A stretch of DNA of 64,000 bases from Desulfobacterales bacterium (GCA_013375375.1 JABXJX010000002.1:1584-65583), one strand, 5' to 3'. Counted from the stretch's first letter, positions 20,795 to 30,165 are shown. Made by a program: numbers and translations. Notes: generated by a model not told the origin, from the letters alone.

Positions 20795-21153
20795 AAATTC
20801 TGGCTGATATGCATGTGTCGCCGCACACCGTAACCTTCCTCCAGGCGCTCGGTCATGATGCTATTCGAATCAGCGAGATCTTGCCCTCAAATTCTTCTGA
20901 TACAATGATTGTGGAGGCGGCCAGAAAAGAGCACCGCGCTGTCCTTACACAAGATCTCGATTTTTCAGAAATCATCTCACTGTCTGGAGAAAGTGCCCCC
21001 TCCCTGATATCACTTCGCCTGTCATCTTCAAGAATAGAGTTTGTAAACAGCAGATTACAAAAAGTGTTGCCCCAGATAAGTGGCTATGTTGAAAAAGGGG
21101 CCATCATAGTAATTGAAGATGACCGTATTCGGGTTCGTAACCTTCCTGTCTAA
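20791..21153 (+). CDS. DUF5615 / Mut7-C-like PIN-fold protein (toxin-like partner of DUF433)
   Basis: MKILADMHVSPHTVTFLQALGHDA... is a typical family N-terminus. ATG 20791 overlaps the DUF433 stop (ATGA), so it is preferred over the longer ORF starting at 20758. Confidence 0.7.
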   Translation: MKILADMHVSPHTVTFLQALGHDAIRISEILPSNSSDTMIVEAARKEHRAVLTQDLDFSEIISLSGESAPSLISLRLSSSRIEFVNSRLQKVLPQISGYVEKGAIIVIEDDRIRVRNLPV

Positions 21154-21320
21154 AATAGTCAATTTCATGTGACTTCCTATAACGTGCCCGGCGTGATGTG
21201 AGGTGCGAAAATCTTGATGCCGGATCGCCCTGGGGATTTGTCAGAGAAAGAATACGAAAAGGGGCATGAAAAGGGCTCTCATTATTCGTCCAGAGGCGTA
21301 GTTCGATTCTCCTTTTTTCC

Positions 21321-21349
21321 TTGACAACTCAGCCATCGTCTTTTACGGT
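21321..21349 (+). promoter_or_regulatory. candidate sigma70 promoter of the riboswitch-dapA transcript
   Basis: A perfect TTGACA (21321-21326), a 17-nt spacer, then TACGGT. The predicted start falls just before riboswitch P1. Confidence 0.4.
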
Positions 21350-21358
21350 AGCTATCAA

Positions 21359-21530
21359 CGAGAGTTGAGGTGCGGTTCTCATGAGTAACCGTAAGACAGG
21401 GGACAGGCCCCGTATCTTGCGGTGAAAGGGTGGACCGCCGAAGTCTGCTTTTGGCCTGTTGCAAAAGAAGACTGGGCCTGAGGATAAGATCCCCAGGACT
21501 GTCACAACTTTTTTGTGGAGCGCTCTCTCG
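21359..21530 (+). promoter_or_regulatory. lysine riboswitch (L box) aptamer
   Basis: P1 is CGAGAG...CTCTCG. The conserved L-box blocks are GAGGTGCG, GAGTA, GTGAAAGGG, CGCCGAAG, CTGGGCC and GGACTGTCAC, in the same order as in the B. subtilis lysC leader. It sits upstream of dapA. Confidence 0.85.
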
Positions 21531-21538
21531 GCTAAGGT

Positions 21539-21570
21539 ACAGCTGGAGTGTTCTCCAGCTGTTTTTTTTT
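21539..21570 (+). terminator. intrinsic terminator (riboswitch expression platform)
   Basis: ACAGCTGGAG-TGTT-CTCCAGCTGT stem-loop followed by T9, located 22 nt before the dapA start. Confidence 0.8.
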
Positions 21571-21592
21571 GCAAACAAAAGGAGGTGCTATT

Positions 21593-22630
21593 ATGTTTAA
21601 CGGATGTTACACGGCGCTGGTGACGCCATTCAAGGACGACTATGAAGTTGATTATGAAGGCCTGGGTAAACTTGCCGAGTTTCAGATTGCAGGCGGTGTA
21701 AGCGGAATCCTGGCCGTCGGCACCACGGGTGAGAGCCCCACGTTGAACTGGGGAGAACACAATGAAGTAATCCGGGTAGTCGCGGAGAAGTGCAAGGAAA
21801 AGTGCCAGTGCATCGCAGGTACGGGCAGCAATAATACCCATGAAACCATGGAAAGCACCGAGCACGCGGTTCATGTAGGAGCTGATGCAGCATTGCTGGT
21901 AGATCCTTATTACAATGGCCCCAGTTCCCTTGAGATCCGAAGAGAATATATCGCCCCGGTTGCCGACAAGTTTCCCGAGATGCAGATCATCCCGTATGTT
22001 ATACCGGGGCGAACCGGGGCCCAGCTTTTGCCCGAAGATCTCGCTATACTCAGTAACCAATTTGCCAATGTGGGCACGGTCAAGGAAGCTACGGGAAACA
22101 TCGAAAACATGAAGCGCACGCGTGAGTGCTGCGGGGATGACTTCACGATCCTGTCCGGCGATGACGACAAGACCTTCACCATGATGACCGACCCCGCCAT
22201 CAAGGCAAGCGGCGTCATTTCAGTTGCTTCCAATATAGCGCCCAAGGCGGTTCATGAGATGACCGCGCTCATCGGCCAAGGCGACCATGCTGAGGCGGAA
22301 AAACTCATGCTTGCACTAAAGCCGCTTTTTGGGATTGTAACAGTAAAGACCCAGGAGGAGACACCTTACGGTAGTGTGGGTTGCCGGGCAAGAAATCCGC
22401 TGGGTACAAAGACCCTTATGGCGATTCTCGGCATGCCGGTTGGGCCGTGTCGCCGGCCACTTGGCAAGATGACCAAAAAAGGGGTCGAGGTCGTGTTGGA
22501 GGCGGGCCGTGCGGTCTGGAAGAATAATCCGGAGATCCTGAAACCTGTGGCCGATTTCTTTGGCGTAGATATTGAAGCCAGGCTCTACGAGGAATCGAGC
22601 AGGGCAGGGTTGACATACGACGAATACTAG
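21593..22630 (+). CDS. dapA: 4-hydroxy-tetrahydrodipicolinate synthase family protein (long form, 345 aa)
   Basis: TALVTPF..., GTTGESPTL and VKEATG (Schiff-base Lys context) are present. ATG 21593 follows AAAGGAGG. The lysine riboswitch upstream supports a lysine-pathway role. Confidence 0.8.
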   Translation: MFNGCYTALVTPFKDDYEVDYEGLGKLAEFQIAGGVSGILAVGTTGESPTLNWGEHNEVIRVVAEKCKEKCQCIAGTGSNNTHETMESTEHAVHVGADAALLVDPYYNGPSSLEIRREYIAPVADKFPEMQIIPYVIPGRTGAQLLPEDLAILSNQFANVGTVKEATGNIENMKRTRECCGDDFTILSGDDDKTFTMMTDPAIKASGVISVASNIAPKAVHEMTALIGQGDHAEAEKLMLALKPLFGIVTVKTQEETPYGSVGCRARNPLGTKTLMAILGMPVGPCRRPLGKMTKKGVEVVLEAGRAVWKNNPEILKPVADFFGVDIEARLYEESSRAGLTYDEY

Positions 22631-22665
22631 ACAGGGGTTGCGCATAGTGCGAGGGGCGAAACGCT

Positions 22666-22925
22666 TTACTAATGAGAACGTTTTGTACCCAACATTGGTT
22701 TGGGGTCATAATGTTTTTTCTTTCGTTCCGAGTCTCCAGGACTGGTGTTTTTAGTAACTTATCTGCGGGGGCATTCCTTGCCCCCTCCGCATTCTCCCGC
22801 AAGCGGGAGCTGCGGTTTCCCCCACAGATAAGTCACAAAAACACAGCGCCCTACCGCCAGTCACTCCAGAAAAGACATCATGACCCCCGTGTATAATGTC
22901 GTGTAGTTAATGTACTTCTTAGTAA
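22666..22925 (+). repeat. nested-hairpin MITE-like repeat, full-length copy B
   Basis: 260 bp, aligns end to end with copy A. Confidence 0.85.
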
Positions 22926-23057
22926 CTATGCCCTATGCGCCATGCGCTATGCCGTCACATTCTCTTTCTTAGCCGCAGTGCATAGCCGCCCATATTGAGA
23001 CCCGCCGATATTTTTCGCCTTGCAACTTGATAGCATCTGCATTAGATAAGCAAGATA

Positions 23058-23975
23058 ATGAAATGGGGAGATATACGGCGAACTATTCTATTTTGTTCTG
23101 CTTTTTTGGCTGTTTTATTTCTTTGCAGCATGCCTCTATGCGCGGAATCGCCTATTGACGGCAGGGACAAAGTCAAGGTTTTTGTCAGCATCCTTCCCCA
23201 GGCATACTTTGTAGAACGGGTTGGGGGCAAACGAGTTGATGTCTCGGTCATGGTCGGCCCCGGACACAGCCCGGCCACCTATGAGCCCATACCCAAACAT
23301 ATGACCGAACTCGACAAAGCCAGGCTCTATTTTCGCATTGGCGTGCCGTTTGAAGATGTCTGGATGGTGCGAATAAGCAGGGCAAATCCACGCATGAGGG
23401 TAATCGACACACGTCGCGGCGTTAAGCTTCGACCCATGAAAGCCCATTATCACAATGAGGGTGGACAACACCACCATGATTCAACAGGTATGAAAGATCC
23501 CCATATATGGTTAAGCTTAAGGTTGGTCAAGGTGCAGGCTCGAAACATCTGCGATGCCCTGATCTTCGAAGACCCTGCTCACAGGCCATATTATAAAAGT
23601 AATTTGAGGGCCTTCGAACATGATCTCGATAGACTGGATGCGGAAATAAGGGGTGTTTTTAAAAATCTCAAGACGCGCAAGTTTATGGTATTTCACCCTG
23701 CATGGGGCTACTTCGCCCGCGACTACGGGCTGGAGCAAATACCGGTTGAGGTCGAGGGAAAAGAGCCGAGTGCCAGGACGCTTGCAGACCTGATCAAAGT
23801 CGCAAAGCAAGAAGGAATCACAGTGGTCTTTGTCCAGGCTCAATTCAGTACAAAAAACGCCCGGACTGTTGCCCGAGCCATTGGAGGGCGGATTGTCAGG
23901 ATCGATCCCTTGGCCAGGGATTATATGAAAAACATGAAAAAAATCGCTGAAACCTTCAGACAGGTCATCCAATGA
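23058..23975 (+). CDS. znuA: zinc ABC transporter substrate-binding protein (cluster A-I SBP)
   Basis: A signal peptide, a ZnuA/TroA-like fold sequence and a His-rich loop HYHNEGGQHHHD. Followed by the ATPase and permease genes. Confidence 0.8.
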   Translation: MKWGDIRRTILFCSAFLAVLFLCSMPLCAESPIDGRDKVKVFVSILPQAYFVERVGGKRVDVSVMVGPGHSPATYEPIPKHMTELDKARLYFRIGVPFEDVWMVRISRANPRMRVIDTRRGVKLRPMKAHYHNEGGQHHHDSTGMKDPHIWLSLRLVKVQARNICDALIFEDPAHRPYYKSNLRAFEHDLDRLDAEIRGVFKNLKTRKFMVFHPAWGYFARDYGLEQIPVEVEGKEPSARTLADLIKVAKQEGITVVFVQAQFSTKNARTVARAIGGRIVRIDPLARDYMKNMKKIAETFRQVIQ

Positions 23976-24712
23976 AAACAAATGATGTTGTTATCAAAAT
24001 AGACGGGGTCGATTTTTCCTATGATGGCGACCTGATTCTCAAAGATATCACACTGGCCGTTAAAGAAGGGGATTTCCTGGGTGTGGTGGGTCCTAACGGC
24101 AGCGGGAAAAGCACACTTCTGAAAATCATACTCGGCCTGATTCATCCCTTGAGGGGCATGGTTAGGGTCTTTGGTCAACCGCCGGAACACGCACGCCATC
24201 TTATCGGTTATGTCCCGCAACATGCAGACCTTGACTATAGTTTTCCCATAAGTGTCAGGGACGTGGTTTTGATAGGGCGATTGGGCAAAGCGCCTTGCTT
24301 AGGGGGATATAGGAAAGACGATAGACAGGCCGCAGAAGAGGCTATGCAGGAAGTAGAAATATACAATTTGCGCAATCAACGTTTTGGCACGCTATCCGGC
24401 GGACAAAAACAGCGGGTTCTCATGGCCAGGGCCTTGGTTGGAAAGCCGGATCTGCTTCTTCTTGATGAGCCCACCACTAGTGTGGATGGCCGGGTTGAGC
24501 AAGATATCTACGAACTTTTGAAAAAGTTGAATGAAAAGGTGACAATCGTTCTTGTTTCTCACGACGTAGGTTTTATCTCTACCTATGTGAATCGTGTTGC
24601 TTGCGTTAACCGGAGTCTTTCATGTGATCGGACGGAGCACATCACAGGTGATGTGATTGAGGCGTGTTATAGTGGACCGGTCCATATGTTAAAACATAAA
24701 TGTGAGTTGTGA
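23972..24712 (+). CDS. znuC: zinc ABC transporter ATP-binding protein
   Basis: Walker A GPNGSGKST, signature LSGGQKQR and Walker B LLLLDEP. 4-nt overlap with znuA. Confidence 0.85.
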   Translation: MKTNDVVIKIDGVDFSYDGDLILKDITLAVKEGDFLGVVGPNGSGKSTLLKIILGLIHPLRGMVRVFGQPPEHARHLIGYVPQHADLDYSFPISVRDVVLIGRLGKAPCLGGYRKDDRQAAEEAMQEVEIYNLRNQRFGTLSGGQKQRVLMARALVGKPDLLLLDEPTTSVDGRVEQDIYELLKKLNEKVTIVLVSHDVGFISTYVNRVACVNRSLSCDRTEHITGDVIEACYSGPVHMLKHKCEL

Positions 24713-25554
24713 TGTTTGAATTCATAGAGGTGCTTAGAAATCATAGCTTCATGCAAAATGCCGTCATCATCGGCTTGCTTGCGAGTGTGGCCTGCGGCGT
24801 TATGGGAACCTATGTGGTTGTCAGACGAATTGTTTTTATCAGTGGAGGGATTGCCCATGCCGTCCTTGGTGGCATGGGAATCGCTTACTACTATGGCTAC
24901 AATCCCATGCACGGCGCTGTGGTGTCGGCCCTTATTGCAGCCCTCGTGATTGGGTTTGTAAGCTTGCGTTATCACCAGTACGAAGATACCCTGATCGGCG
25001 CTCTTTGGGCCTTAGGGATGGCCGTAGGTATCCTTTTTATCTACAAGACACCCGGTTACAATGTTGATCTGATGAGCTATCTTTTTGGTAATATTTTGAT
25101 GGTAGAAGGAGAAGATGTGCGTCTCCTGGCCTATCTTGATGCCCTTATCATCCTTTCGGTCCTTCTTTTTTACAAGCGTTTTTTGGCCGTATGCTTTGAC
25201 GAGGAGTACAGTCGACTTCAGGGAATCGGTGTTGTAAGCACCTATCTGTTACTCCTTTGCCTCATCGCCTTGACCGTGGTTATCCTGATTCAGGTGGTCG
25301 GCATTATCCTGGTGATCGCCTTGCTCACCCTGCCGGCGGCTACCGCCCGCTACTATGCCCGCAGCCTGATTCAAATGATGATACTGGCCTCACTTTTCGG
25401 CGCAGTCTTTACTACATCAGGACTCATGTTATCCTATCAGCCAGACCTTCCTGCAGGTGCCACTATTATTCTCATTGCCGGGCTGGCATACCTTCTGGCG
25501 ACCGTTTCTAAGGGGTTGGTTTCAAGATTTCATGGTTACAGGAAGAGATACTAA
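24709..25554 (+). CDS. znuB: zinc ABC transporter permease
   Basis: Polytopic membrane protein of the ABC-3 type (LTLPAATARYY motif). 4-nt overlap with znuC. Confidence 0.8.
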   Translation: MMFEFIEVLRNHSFMQNAVIIGLLASVACGVMGTYVVVRRIVFISGGIAHAVLGGMGIAYYYGYNPMHGAVVSALIAALVIGFVSLRYHQYEDTLIGALWALGMAVGILFIYKTPGYNVDLMSYLFGNILMVEGEDVRLLAYLDALIILSVLLFYKRFLAVCFDEEYSRLQGIGVVSTYLLLLCLIALTVVILIQVVGIILVIALLTLPAATARYYARSLIQMMILASLFGAVFTTSGLMLSYQPDLPAGATIILIAGLAYLLATVSKGLVSRFHGYRKRY

Positions 25555-25616
25555 TAAAAAGTACATTAAGTTCCCGACCCCAAACCAATGTCGGGTACAA
25601 AAGTTTCTTATTAGTA
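25549..25616 (-). repeat. nested-hairpin MITE-like repeat, minimal copy F (outer arms only)
   Basis: The reverse complement reads CTACTAATAAGAAACTTTTGTACCCGACATTGGTTTGGGGTC|GGGAACTTAATGTACTTTTT, which joins the two termini of the full copies directly. It overlaps the znuB stop codon. Confidence 0.7.
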
Positions 25617-25631
25617 GGTTTGAGGGGAACT

Positions 25632-26066
25632 ATGAAAGACGAGATAGAGATATTCAGGGAATTTATTCGAAAGAAGGGACTCCGCAATACGCCTGAGCGC
25701 GAGACCATCATCAAGGAGATCTTTGCCACCCACGATCACTTTGATGTGGATGAGCTCTATTTGCGCCTGAAGAACAAGAAAAAGAAGATTTCAAAGCCTT
25801 CCATTTACCGCCTGGTGCCTTACCTTTTGGAATCCGGCCTGATTCAGGAGGCCTATTTTGAAGACGGCCATTTCCACTACGAGCATATCTATGGACACGA
25901 ACACCACTGCCACCTTCGGTGTTTAAAGTGTGGAAAAATTATTGAGTTTGAAGAGAAATCTTTAAAAAAGATGGAAAAAAAACTGGCTGGGAAATACGAT
26001 TTTGCCATCAAGGGCCATAAACTCGAGGTCTTTGGTTATTGCCCCAAGTGCAAGCCCCACATCTGA
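25632..26066 (+). CDS. zur: Fur-family metalloregulator, probably Zur
   Basis: RNTPERETII..., HEHHCHLRCLKCGKIIEF...CPKCK (two CxxC pairs). It is adjacent to znuACB, and the Zur assignment rests on that context. Confidence 0.7.
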   Translation: MKDEIEIFREFIRKKGLRNTPERETIIKEIFATHDHFDVDELYLRLKNKKKKISKPSIYRLVPYLLESGLIQEAYFEDGHFHYEHIYGHEHHCHLRCLKCGKIIEFEEKSLKKMEKKLAGKYDFAIKGHKLEVFGYCPKCKPHI

Positions 26067-26131
26067 GCAAAAACAGCCTTTCACCTGTTGATTAAACCTA
26101 TGAGGGAGCTTTGGCAGGTGCTTTGCGAGGT

Positions 26132-27034
26132 TTAAAGTGACAGGATAAGCAAAAAGATTCCGAAAGATAGGATCAATAAAGACCCGCAGGTTGCCAAACC
26201 TTTTTGCACGAGCAGGCGGGCCTTATTTTTTTGGCTTAAAGCTTTTAATATTCCCTCCTTAGCAACAATGCTCAGCACACCTGCCAGTGAAATCGTAAAT
26301 GCCATCCCCAGGGCCATGAAAAACGATGAAACAAGGCCAATCCCCAGCATATTTAAGGAGAGGGAAAATAACATGATAATCACGACCCCCGGACAGGGGA
26401 CCATTCCAACCGCAAGGGCGACTGGAAGAATGCTCTTATGATCTAAAGGATGAGCGGATAAATCCTTTTCTTCCCCCTGTGGATTGTCTTTCCGCAAATC
26501 AAGAATGCTTTTAATCAACAAGACCGCACCGGTTAAGGTAATAAGGCTGTAACTGATCAGTTTTATTTTTCTTGAAAGGTTTTCAAAGGATGCTAAACAG
26601 GATTGTTTGAGAATGAAATAGATGGTCAGAACAATGACCACGGCCGAAAGGGCGTGAAAAAAGGAGATTAGATTGCCCAAAAGAATGCCTTTTTTGATAT
26701 GTTCCCTTCGGGATAGAAAGTAAGAAAAGGTCACTGCTTTGCCGTGCCCCGGCCCGGCTGCGTGTAAGATACCATAAAGGAAGGAGATCAGGATCAAAGC
26801 GATGAGAGGCTTCTTGGAGTTTGAGGTTTTTATTTCCCGGGATAATCTTGCAAACTTTTTATTAAGTTGATGCTGCCAAAGGGAGATTTTGCCGTAGAAC
26901 TTCGACAAGCAGCTCGGGGATTTTATGGCCTTCTTTGATGGTTCTTTCGAAACGAAAGGACTATCCGTGGCCAGACTGGTTACCGGAAACAACAATAGAG
27001 ATATCGCAAAAACGAGAAGGAATATCTTACCCAT
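26132..27034 (-). CDS. NicO/RcnA-like (COG2215) metal-transporter permease
   Basis: HAAGPGHGKAV motif and multiple TM helices. Translationally coupled to the DUF1007 gene. Confidence 0.65.
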   Translation of the reverse strand: MGKIFLLVFAISLLLFPVTSLATDSPFVSKEPSKKAIKSPSCLSKFYGKISLWQHQLNKKFARLSREIKTSNSKKPLIALILISFLYGILHAAGPGHGKAVTFSYFLSRREHIKKGILLGNLISFFHALSAVVIVLTIYFILKQSCLASFENLSRKIKLISYSLITLTGAVLLIKSILDLRKDNPQGEEKDLSAHPLDHKSILPVALAVGMVPCPGVVIIMLFSLSLNMLGIGLVSSFFMALGMAFTISLAGVLSIVAKEGILKALSQKNKARLLVQKGLATCGSLLILSFGIFLLILSL

Positions 27035-27629
27035 TTTTTCCTCGGAACTTCAAAATGATTTCTTCAGGAAATAGCATGCCAAAGTAATACGGTTCTTCGG
27101 TATTTTTTGCTATTTGATGATGAAAATCAATCGAAGATATATTTTCAAATTGAACAGAGTTGTTCTGGGCTAAAGAAATGTTGCAGTAGTTCTCTTTATC
27201 ATAAATGGATATTCTGACCTCCTTAAAGGTGGAAATGGCCGTCACATGGCATGGGACAAAAAAATTATAGATAACTTTGTTCTTGCAGATACTGGCCGAG
27301 AAGCCTTGGACGTATCTCACCTTGAATTGTTGACCGTTTATCTTTATGTAGGTGAAATAGTCAAAATTCTTTAAGTGCTCAAAGGCCCCTTTCTTGATTT
27401 TTTCTATTTCCGGAGCTTCAAATTTTCTATTTTTGTTTTTATCGAACTCATAGATAATCATGCCACTGAACATTTCATCAAAGATCCATTTCAGGTTAAT
27501 GCCTGTCAATCCCTTTTCATTGAAAACAATCTTCAGGGAATTATCTATAAAAACATGGGGATGAGAGAATGAATCTGCGTGAAGAAAGGACACAATGACA
27601 AAAGCCAAAACGGAAAGACCGAACTTCAT
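27027..27629 (-). CDS. DUF1007-family periplasmic protein (partner of COG2215 permease)
   Basis: A signal peptide followed by SHPHVFID..., as is typical of DUF1007. The start is uncertain (ATG 27629 or TTG 27647), and no clear RBS is visible. Confidence 0.6.
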   Translation of the reverse strand: MKFGLSVLAFVIVSFLHADSFSHPHVFIDNSLKIVFNEKGLTGINLKWIFDEMFSGMIIYEFDKNKNRKFEAPEIEKIKKGAFEHLKNFDYFTYIKINGQQFKVRYVQGFSASICKNKVIYNFFVPCHVTAISTFKEVRISIYDKENYCNISLAQNNSVQFENISSIDFHHQIAKNTEEPYYFGMLFPEEIILKFRGKNG

Positions 27630-27757
27630 TTTTTTAGATAGATACAATTAGAGCACTTTAAACTATTTTTATGACTGAATCCAGCCACTTCGCTAAAAAT
27701 AATACTCGTAAGAAATGAACAAGTCAATGGAAAAACAAGGGTTATACCCGGCGAGGA

Positions 27758-29923
27758 TTATGCCAGCCCCATGACCTTGCCGCCCTGATAGATCAAGAAG
27801 GCAACGAGCCAGGCCAAGATAGTGCTGTAAGTGATACTGAAGAGGGTCCACTTCCAGGAATTGGTCTCCCGCCTGATGACCCCCACGGTGGCAAGGCAGG
27901 GCACATAAATCAGCACAAAGGCCATCATGGCATATGCGGAAAGTGGCGTCATACCGGATTCTTTCAAGGCCGTTTTCAGGGCCTCGCTCTTTTCGTCCTC
28001 ATCAGCCCCTGCGGCATACAGTACGCCCATGGTGCTTACCACAATCTCCTTGGCCACAAAACCGGTGAGCACTGCCACACTGCCGCGCCAGTCCATGCCG
28101 ATTGGGGCAAACACAGGGGCCAATACTTTGCCTATCCGGCCTATATACGATCTTTCAATCTTTTCTTTTGCCTGAAGGGTTTCCAGGGCCGAAATAGCTT
28201 CATCAACATCCCCCTGTGCTGTATTTATGCCGGCCCCATAGTGTGCACTGATCCGGGCGATCTCGGCTTGATAATCCCTTGAAAATTGAACCTCTCGGGG
28301 GAAGGCGCTCAAGAACCAGACAATGACCGAGCCGACCAGAATCACGCCCCCTATTTTTTTAAGAAAGATCTTGCTGCGATCCCACATGTGGATCAACAGA
28401 CCCTTGAGCATAGGGGCACGGTACGGTGGGAGTTCCATCACAAAGGGGGCAACCTTGCCCCTGAGCAGAGTCGATCGAAATAGGCGGCCCACGGAAATGG
28501 CCAGTACAATACCCAGGGCATAGATGGAGAAGATAGCATTACCGGCCGTGGCTCCAAAGAACGCGCCGGCCAGCAGGATGTACACCGGCAGCCTGGCTGC
28601 ACACGACATCAGGGGATTGATCAAAATCGTCAAGATGCGGTCCTTTTCACTCTCAAGGGTCCGAGTAGCCATGATGGCCGGGGCATTGCAGCCAAAACCC
28701 ATGAGCATGGGAATAAACGATTTGCCGTGAAGCCCTATAAGGTGCATAACTTTATCCATTAAAAAGGCAGCGCGGGCCATATATCCGGTATCCTCAAACA
28801 GGGCAATGCAGAAAAAGAGAATGAGAATATTTGGCAGGAATATTGCGACACTTCCCACGCCGGCTATCACGCCGTCCACAATCAATTCCCTGAATAAACC
28901 CTCCGGCAAGATTTGGCCTGCGGCCTGGCCCAGCCACCCCACACCCGTGTCGATCCAGTCCATGGGATAGGCCCCAAATGAAAAGGTGAGTTGAAACATG
29001 GCCCATATAAAAAAGATAAAGATGGGAAGCCCGAGGAGGCGGTTGGTCAATACCTGGTCTATTTGCCGGGAAACATCTACCCGTTGTTTTGAGACCGTCT
29101 TCAGAACTTCTTTGACAATTCCCGCAATAAAACCGTAGCGGTGATCGGTCATGACAATTTCCGGCTCCTCATCAAAAAATTCACGGAGCCCCTGACGTTT
29201 TATTTCTGTTTCCTGAAGTATGGCCCCTCCATTTGGACTTGCGGACCGGATTACTCGTTCCTTGACGATTTTATCGTTTTCAAGGAGTTTTATTGCAACC
29301 CACCGGATGTGATAGGGAAGCTCTGCATCGGTCTTCTCTCTTATAAATTTTGATAGTTCACTGATGGCCTTTTCAATATCTTTGCCGTAATAGACCCGGC
29401 GGGTGCGAGGCAGATCTATCTCGGCCTCTGCCACAGAGAGGATCGTCTTAAGAAGCTCTGGGGTCCCTTTATTCCTGTTTCCGACCGTAAAGACCACGGG
29501 CACATCAAGAAGTTCGGACAGCTTATCTGCATCGACCTTGATACCCCGGTCTGCGGCAAGATCGGCCATATTGAGGACAAAAATCACCTTTGTGTCGAGT
29601 TCGCGAAGCTGCGTGGCCAAGTAAAGATTGCGTTCCAGATTGGAGGCGTCAATAATATCGACCACTACGTCCGGTTTTTCATCCAGGATGAAATTGCGTG
29701 CCACAATTTCTTCGATGGAGTAAGCAGTGAGGCTGTATGTGCCGGGCAGGTCAACCACGGTAATATCGTAACCATTGGCCTCTATGTGCCCCTCTTTTTT
29801 CTCAACAGTAACACCGGGCCAGTTTCCAACCTTTTGGCGGGTACCTGTTAAATTGTTGAAAATGGTGCTCTTGCCCGCATTAGGGTTGCCGGCAAGGGCA
29901 ATGGTTATTGGTTTCAAAGGCAT
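27758..29923 (-). CDS. feoB: ferrous iron transporter FeoB
   Basis: N-terminal G domain (GNPNAGKST, DLPGTYS, NMAD) followed by a large polytopic domain; 721 aa. Confidence 0.95.
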   Translation of the reverse strand: MPLKPITIALAGNPNAGKSTIFNNLTGTRQKVGNWPGVTVEKKEGHIEANGYDITVVDLPGTYSLTAYSIEEIVARNFILDEKPDVVVDIIDASNLERNLYLATQLRELDTKVIFVLNMADLAADRGIKVDADKLSELLDVPVVFTVGNRNKGTPELLKTILSVAEAEIDLPRTRRVYYGKDIEKAISELSKFIREKTDAELPYHIRWVAIKLLENDKIVKERVIRSASPNGGAILQETEIKRQGLREFFDEEPEIVMTDHRYGFIAGIVKEVLKTVSKQRVDVSRQIDQVLTNRLLGLPIFIFFIWAMFQLTFSFGAYPMDWIDTGVGWLGQAAGQILPEGLFRELIVDGVIAGVGSVAIFLPNILILFFCIALFEDTGYMARAAFLMDKVMHLIGLHGKSFIPMLMGFGCNAPAIMATRTLESEKDRILTILINPLMSCAARLPVYILLAGAFFGATAGNAIFSIYALGIVLAISVGRLFRSTLLRGKVAPFVMELPPYRAPMLKGLLIHMWDRSKIFLKKIGGVILVGSVIVWFLSAFPREVQFSRDYQAEIARISAHYGAGINTAQGDVDEAISALETLQAKEKIERSYIGRIGKVLAPVFAPIGMDWRGSVAVLTGFVAKEIVVSTMGVLYAAGADEDEKSEALKTALKESGMTPLSAYAMMAFVLIYVPCLATVGVIRRETNSWKWTLFSITYSTILAWLVAFLIYQGGKVMGLA

Positions 29924-29932
29924 ATGCTATTT

Positions 29933-30163
29933 TCAACTCCTGACGTTTTCGACTTGAATGTGGGCAGCTTCGTCGACGCGGAGGGAGACATGGTACCCCT
30001 TTAGAATAAGTTCGATAGGGTCTTTCAGAGGGGCATATTTTTCAACGTAGACCTCAGTACCACGCAAAAAGCCCATTTCAAGGAGCCTTCTGCGAAAAGA
30101 TCCGTTACCGCCTACATGCGCTATGGTAGCTGTCTGGCCTTGCTTCAACTCACTCAGGTTCAT
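29933..30163 (-). CDS. feoA: FeoA family protein
   Basis: 76 aa, LSELKQGQTATIAHV...RRRLLEMGFLRGTEVYV... Confidence 0.9.
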   Translation of the reverse strand: MNLSELKQGQTATIAHVGGNGSFRRRLLEMGFLRGTEVYVEKYAPLKDPIELILKGYHVSLRVDEAAHIQVENVRS

Positions 30164-30165
30164 TG

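Noticed and set aside
17345-21169. 9-bp inverted repeat TCATGAAAT(T) / AATTTCATG just after the sigma stop (17345-17354) and after the DUF5615 stop (21161-21169), as islet boundaries
   Set aside because: It is too short. A 9-mer match between two ~100-bp windows is expected by chance at the few-percent level, and there is no integrase or transposase to use it.
21284-21316. tRNA-like fragment (GGCGTAGTTCGATTCTCC) as a possible integration-site remnant at the right edge of the islet
   Set aside because: The flanking bases cannot form a T stem or acceptor stem. Only the TTCGATTC heptamer resembles a T loop.
21329-22060. 243-aa minus-strand ORF spanning the dapA 5' half and the leader
   Set aside because: It overlaps the well-supported dapA frame and the lysine riboswitch and terminator on the other strand, and the protein is of low complexity. 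It is spurious.
22926-22956. Degenerate ATGCGC-type micro-repeats (CTATGCCCTATGCGCCATGCGCTATGCC), with an inverted 12-mer match CCATGCGCTATG at 40435-40455
   Set aside because: They are short, low-complexity and occur only twice. They cannot be distinguished from chance or from debris of another repeat family without genome-wide counts.
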